This document shows, piece after piece, positions 58,251-64,000 of a DNA stretch of 64,000 nt. The notes under the pieces are model-generated. The model had not been told where the DNA came from, did not search any database, and worked only from the letters and a program-made list of their open reading frames with translations. The translations under genes and the position numbers were made by a program. Every line of letters begins with the position of its first letter. Positions within the stretch are counted from its first letter, which is position 1. Source of the stretch: Octopus vulgaris (Eukaryota); contig OX597836.1 in assembly GCA_951406725.2 (NCBI GenBank), forward strand, positions 35,030,001 through 35,094,000, given 5' to 3'.

Positions 58251-59544
58251 ATATGTGTATATCTAAATATATATATATATATATGTATACAGACATAAGC
58301 ATATACATACATAAATACATATATATATGTATAAGTTTTTAAATTTTCACCTAATTTCTGAATTACTACTACTTGGCGGTGTGAGTTATGGCTGCTCTTT
58401 CTGGTGGACGAATGGCCTGTTAAGGTCACTCCTAAATTGTTATATTTATATATTTAGTCGTTGACTATTTTCTCTTTTCCACTAGGCCGCTGGTAGCGAT
58501 AAATTTCTATTGAATTTTTTTGCTACCCTAAATTGACTAATTGATATATGTATATATATATATTTCGAAAATTTAGAAATACCAGCCAAAGATTGCTAAT
58601 TCGTTTCACTAGAGACATAGTGAAAGGAATTAACTGTCTTTCGCTGCTATTTCTAAATTTTTGGTATGTAATGAAGCAACATGTTGCTAAACCCTTAATT
58701 ATATTTATAATTATATATGAAAAAAATATTTTTATACAAGTTTTTACCGATAATGTTTCTTTTTCCATACCAAAATTACCTGGTAAAATTTATTAATTAT
58801 GAAATTACTAATTCTTTACCCTACATCTGTATATATATATATATATATATATACATATATAATTGTGTGTCCGTGAACGATATGTGTGCAGGGTATATAT
58901 CGATATGACAGTGAATGGGAGAGGGTAAAATATAGAAAGAGAAATGCAGAGAGAGAAAGACATCCAAAGACGACATGGAGCATTAGGGACCTTTTATGTA
59001 CCACAAATCCCGTTCTTACTCGAAGTTAAATGAAATCTTTTGAAATTTCTAAAGGTTGCCGCTGCTGTGTGGGGAGGGGGAAACGGGGTGACGGCTGACC
59101 TTCCCCCCAATTCCCGCCACCAGCTCACTTTGTAAAACTCACTGAATCACTACCAAAGGTATGTTTGAAAGTTTGAAACTATAAAAACAGGTGGTGGAAG
59201 CCCATGGTGTCCCGCGGCCTAGGAATGCTTAAACCCTCAATCGCACACTTTCAATATATATTAGCTACATATTCCGCGAAGGACATATTCTCTCATTCTC
59301 ACTTATTCTCTCTCTCTTTCCATATATGTATTCTTTCATTCCTTTACCTATCTACCTGTCTATGTATGTATGCATGTATGTATGTATGTATGTATGTATG
59401 TATGAATGTATGTATGTATCTATCTGTCTGTCTGTCTGTCTATCTATCTACCTACCTATCTGTCTGTCTATCTATCTATCTAGTTATCTACCTATCTAGT
59501 TACCTATCTATCTATCTAATTATCTATCTATCTGTCTATCTACG

Positions 59545-59581
<37 letters not shown>

Positions 59582-60234
59582 GTCTGTCTGTCTGTCTGTC
59601 TTTCTCTCTATCTGTCTGCCTCCCTGTCTATCTATCTGTCTATGTATCCCTCGTCTCTATCTATCTATCTTTCTATCTTGGTTGTTATCTACCTGTCTAT
59701 CTTTATATCAACCTGTCTATCTATACCTGGGGCTATACCGAGGCGAAAACACACGGACTCATGTACACATACACCCACATTTATTCATATATGTACCTGT
59801 ATGTACGGGTGTGTGTGTGTGTACATGTATGTGTGTATTCCTCATTATGTATATGCCTATGTGTGTGTGAGTACACGTTTATCTATTAGATGCAGATTTA
59901 CGTACATATTTACACACATCAATTTTGAGCTTTCAATATACAGCCAATATAATAGTATCTACACACAGAAGTACCTTCATATACACACTCTTATTCATGT
60001 CCATGTACTCGCATATCGATTTCTAAGAACACCTTTTCTCAATTTTAAATACAAAAAAAAAAGAAAAAAGAAAAAGAAAAAAAACAGACGCTAAATCTTC
60101 TTTACTTTAAGTTTATTAATGATTGCGTTACATGAAATATATTAAGTTAGTTAGAGACTTTGAGATGTGGTCTGCAAACACGCCACGAAATTATGCTTGG
60201 TGGAATTTATTTACATCTTACAAATATTCGGAAA

Positions 60235-61237
60235 TTATAAACCAACGGTCATCTGAAAGAGAAAATGGAATTATTGATAAAATATATATGAAAGTATCAG
60301 AGTGGAATGTACTAATGCCCAAATGAATCTCTATGGCTGGCTATCACAAAAATTCATATTTTATAATTGAGACTTATCCCTAATGAATGGAGTGTAGAAA
60401 CGATCTTTTCAGTAATTTGAATATATTAATCAGAATGGAGAAATAAATATAAAGTAATGGGAGAAGGAGCGAAATCTCTTATAAATCAGTCCATATTGGA
60501 TAATTAAAGCTTCACATAAGAAAACAGAGTGGAAATCGTTAGAATGTCAACATTTTTCAGCATTTTAACTTCGATTTGTCTGAGCTAAGACTCAAAATCT
60601 GCAGCTAAATATTTACAAGGTAAATTAGGTGAAAACATACCAGAAAGTACTGCCAATCGGCTTCGTGGACTTTTTGCTCCATTGTTTTACTTGGAGTAGC
60701 ATCTGTTGCATTACATACTTTGACGTGGTCCCTTGATTTTTGACGCGACGGAAACGTCTTGTGACATCGTCCTCATTCGAATGGTTCATCTATAAAATGC
60801 TTCAAAACATGGTCCTGAAATGTAACGATATTAATTGTTCGTTTCAATGTATTGATATGTTATACATAAACAGAAATCAATGAATTTGGAAATATTAAAT
60901 ACATTCATAAAGTATAAAGTAAAATATAATAATAATATGAATATACATACATTGAAATGACCACGGTGTCTGAAATGTTTATCACAAAGTTTACAGGTAA
61001 ACCGAAATTTCTCTTCATGAACAAGCTTGTGGTAGTTTAATGAAGTATTTTGAGTGAATTTCTTCTTACTTATGTCGCACTTGACGCCTGTAAAAAGGAA
61101 ATAATAATTTTCATTATTTGAGCATCAACAAAAAATAAAATGTATGAATGCAATGACTTACCGTAATGACTCCTCATGTGAGTTGTTAATGAAGATTTCG
61201 AAGTAAATGTCTTGGAACATAATGAACATGTGCACAT
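60235..61237 (-). pseudogene. Zinc-finger paralogue with lesions
   Basis: Exons 61237-61162, 61087-60951, 60814-60641, 60252-60235. 9-nt deletion (PYQ), Cys-to-Ser in finger 2, and TGT-to-TGA at 60775-60773 in finger 4. Confidence 0.85.
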
Positions 61238-61525
61238 CGTGCTTATATTGTATAAGTTGGGATTAATAAATGGAAAAATTGATGTAGTTTATATGTGTGT
61301 GTGTGGTTTGTATAATCTTGTATATCTAATTAGAAATATTTAAAGAAATATAAGTGTGTGATTAATGTAAATCGATGGAGATGTGAAAGGCAAGAGAGGG
61401 AGAGAAGCTGGTCACCTTCCTTTCATATACTAAGGTATGAATAGGTAAATAATTAAGGGATGCAGCCTATTTGTAGTACTACAAAATTTCAAGACACACA
61501 CACACATACATATCTTATTAGCCTT

Positions 61526-61557
<32 letters not shown>

Positions 61558-62226
61558 TTCTTTTTAAAGTAGATAAAGGTGAGATGGTATTTGGGGGCGG
61601 CTGTTCACAGCTTAACTCCCACCCCTCAAAAACACACACGTGTTTTAGCTTTTGTCTTTCTTCCTTTTTTTAAAGAAGGAAGTCACGTGGCTGGAATGGT
61701 GTAGGATAGGTAGGTAATTATTAGGGAAATTTTGTTAATACTGCGTCGTAAGCTTTGAACGCAACAATCCATGCGTGACCTCTTCTGTGAGCGATACGAT
61801 GGACTTTTACCTTTAAGCATAATATATTTAAAGGTATATGCATTATATTTGTTTAAATATAACATATTTTGGGGTGAATATGAAATAAATTCCTTTAAAC
61901 GAATCGTTTAAAATTGTTCATATAATATTTTAATATTTGTATTAGGGATAAAAAGTAATAGCTTATATGCGTGTGCATACACATATATATGTGTTTGTGT
62001 GTTTGTGTGTTTGTAAGGTAGATGGAGAGATGATATTGATTTATATACGTTTATATATATATATATATCACTATTTATGTAGATATGTATATAATATATA
62101 TGTACATACAAGTATTTTTATTTTTATATTTATGTATACATATGTATAGGTATATATATGTGTGGATATCTATATATATATGTATACAGATATAAGCATA
62201 TACATATATACATACATGTATATATG

Positions 62227-62369
<143 letters not shown>

Positions 62370-62492
62370 GAAATATTAAAATAACTAAGTCTCTCAAATA
62401 GCTAACTTAAGGCGATGGCCTCATGAAGCTAATAAGCGGACAGCTTTTTTCTTATTTTTATAAGAATGCTATATTAATATGGCGATAACTAT

Positions 62493-62561
<69 letters not shown>

Positions 62562-62734
62562 TTTACGAAGAAAGCAAAAGACGAAGACAGGTGGTGTACA
62601 AAACAAAGTGATGTATTAGTACAACGCTCAGGAATAGAAAATGTCTTCTACGTTTCTACAGAAAGGGGCACAGAAAAGACAAGGAGAGAAAAAAATTTGT
62701 GTAGTGGCTAACGATCTATCATGGAGGCTATATG

Positions 62735-62808
<74 letters not shown>

Positions 62809-62818
62809 TATATATGTA

Positions 62819-62885
<67 letters not shown>

Positions 62886-63051
62886 GTATATACACACACA
62901 CGTATGTTTATCTATGTAGATATGTATATATATACGTAGAAATACGTATGTTTATTTATGTATATATGTATACATATATATAAGGACATATATATGTGTG
63001 TATATCTCTATGTATATATATATGTATACAGATATAAGCATATACATCAAT

Positions 63052-63092
<41 letters not shown>

Positions 63093-63305
63093 ATTATGTC
63101 CACATATATAAACTTATCTATGTATGTCTATAAATATATATGTTTATACATTCATATATATATATATCTGTATACATATATATGTTTTTATATATAACTA
63201 TATATATATGTATTTATTTCCTTCTTTCCTTCTTTCCTGACCGTCCAATAATACTTTATTTGCTCCACATCCTTGCGTTGTTGTTTTTTGTTTTCTTGTT
63301 TGGAT

Positions 63306-63375
<70 letters not shown>

Positions 63376-64000
63376 TATATATATAGAGAGGGTGAGAGAG
63401 AGAGAATTAAGTGTATAGCAACAACTTGTTTCACCACATACCGAAAATTTAGAAGTAGCAGAAAAAAGTCAGCTAATTCCTGTAACTAGAGACATAGTGA
63501 ATGGAATTAGCTGTCTTCGGCTGCTATTTCTAAAATTTCGGTTTGTGGTGAAGCAACTTGTTGCTAAACACGTAATTATATTTATAATTATGTATAAAAA
63601 AAAACAACTTTTTGTACAAGGTTTTACCGATAAATGTTCTTTTTCCATACCAAAACTACTTGCTAATATTTATTAATTATTAAATTAATACTACTTTACT
63701 CTAAATAGGCAAATAATTATGGGATGTAGTCTATTTGTAGAACTACAAAATTTCAAGACATGCACACACATCTAGATCTGCTTCTTTCTTTCTTTCTTTC
63801 TTTTCTTTTAAAGTATATAACGGTGAGTTGGTATAGGTGTAGGATAGGTCGCATTTGGGGGCTGCTATTCACTGCTTAACTCCCACCCCTCAAACACACA
63901 CACTTCTGTCTTTCTTTCCTTTTTTAAAGAAGGTAATGGTGAGGCGGGAAAGGTGTAAGATAGGTAGGTAATTTAGGGCTGCTATTTTCTGCTTACATCC

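Noticed and set aside
60773-60775. Cys-to-TGA as possible selenocysteine
   Set aside because: The same copy has a linker deletion and a Cys-to-Ser change, and no SECIS was recognised; pseudogenisation is simpler.

Overview
AT-rich, microsatellite-saturated animal genomic DNA. The SINE families, (TA)n/(TACA)n density and tandem C2H2 genes suggest a coleoid cephalopod such as Octopus (inference). Nearly all ORFs in the track are simple-repeat artefacts. The only clear host gene is a four-exon, minus-strand zinc-finger gene (40651-41704), with two damaged paralogues (56288-57085, 60235-61237) from an approximately 19.5 kb segmental duplication. The rest is mobile DNA: CR1-like, RTE, Tx1-like and R4/Dong-like LINEs, a Penelope-like (Naiad-type) RT/GIY-YIG remnant, Tc1 and mariner relics, Helitrons, MITEs and tRNA-derived SINEs. 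The main hidden system is a diverse family of short non-coding elements (about 430-600 nt) inserted in (TA)n tracts. They carry Type I hammerhead ribozymes, with at least 8 well-formed copies plus relics, and different families use different palindromic loops in stem III. They share a 3' module and occur as tandem monomers or fold-back pairs, resembling Penelope pLTR-derived retrozymes. All motifs were read by eye; no folding or database search was run.
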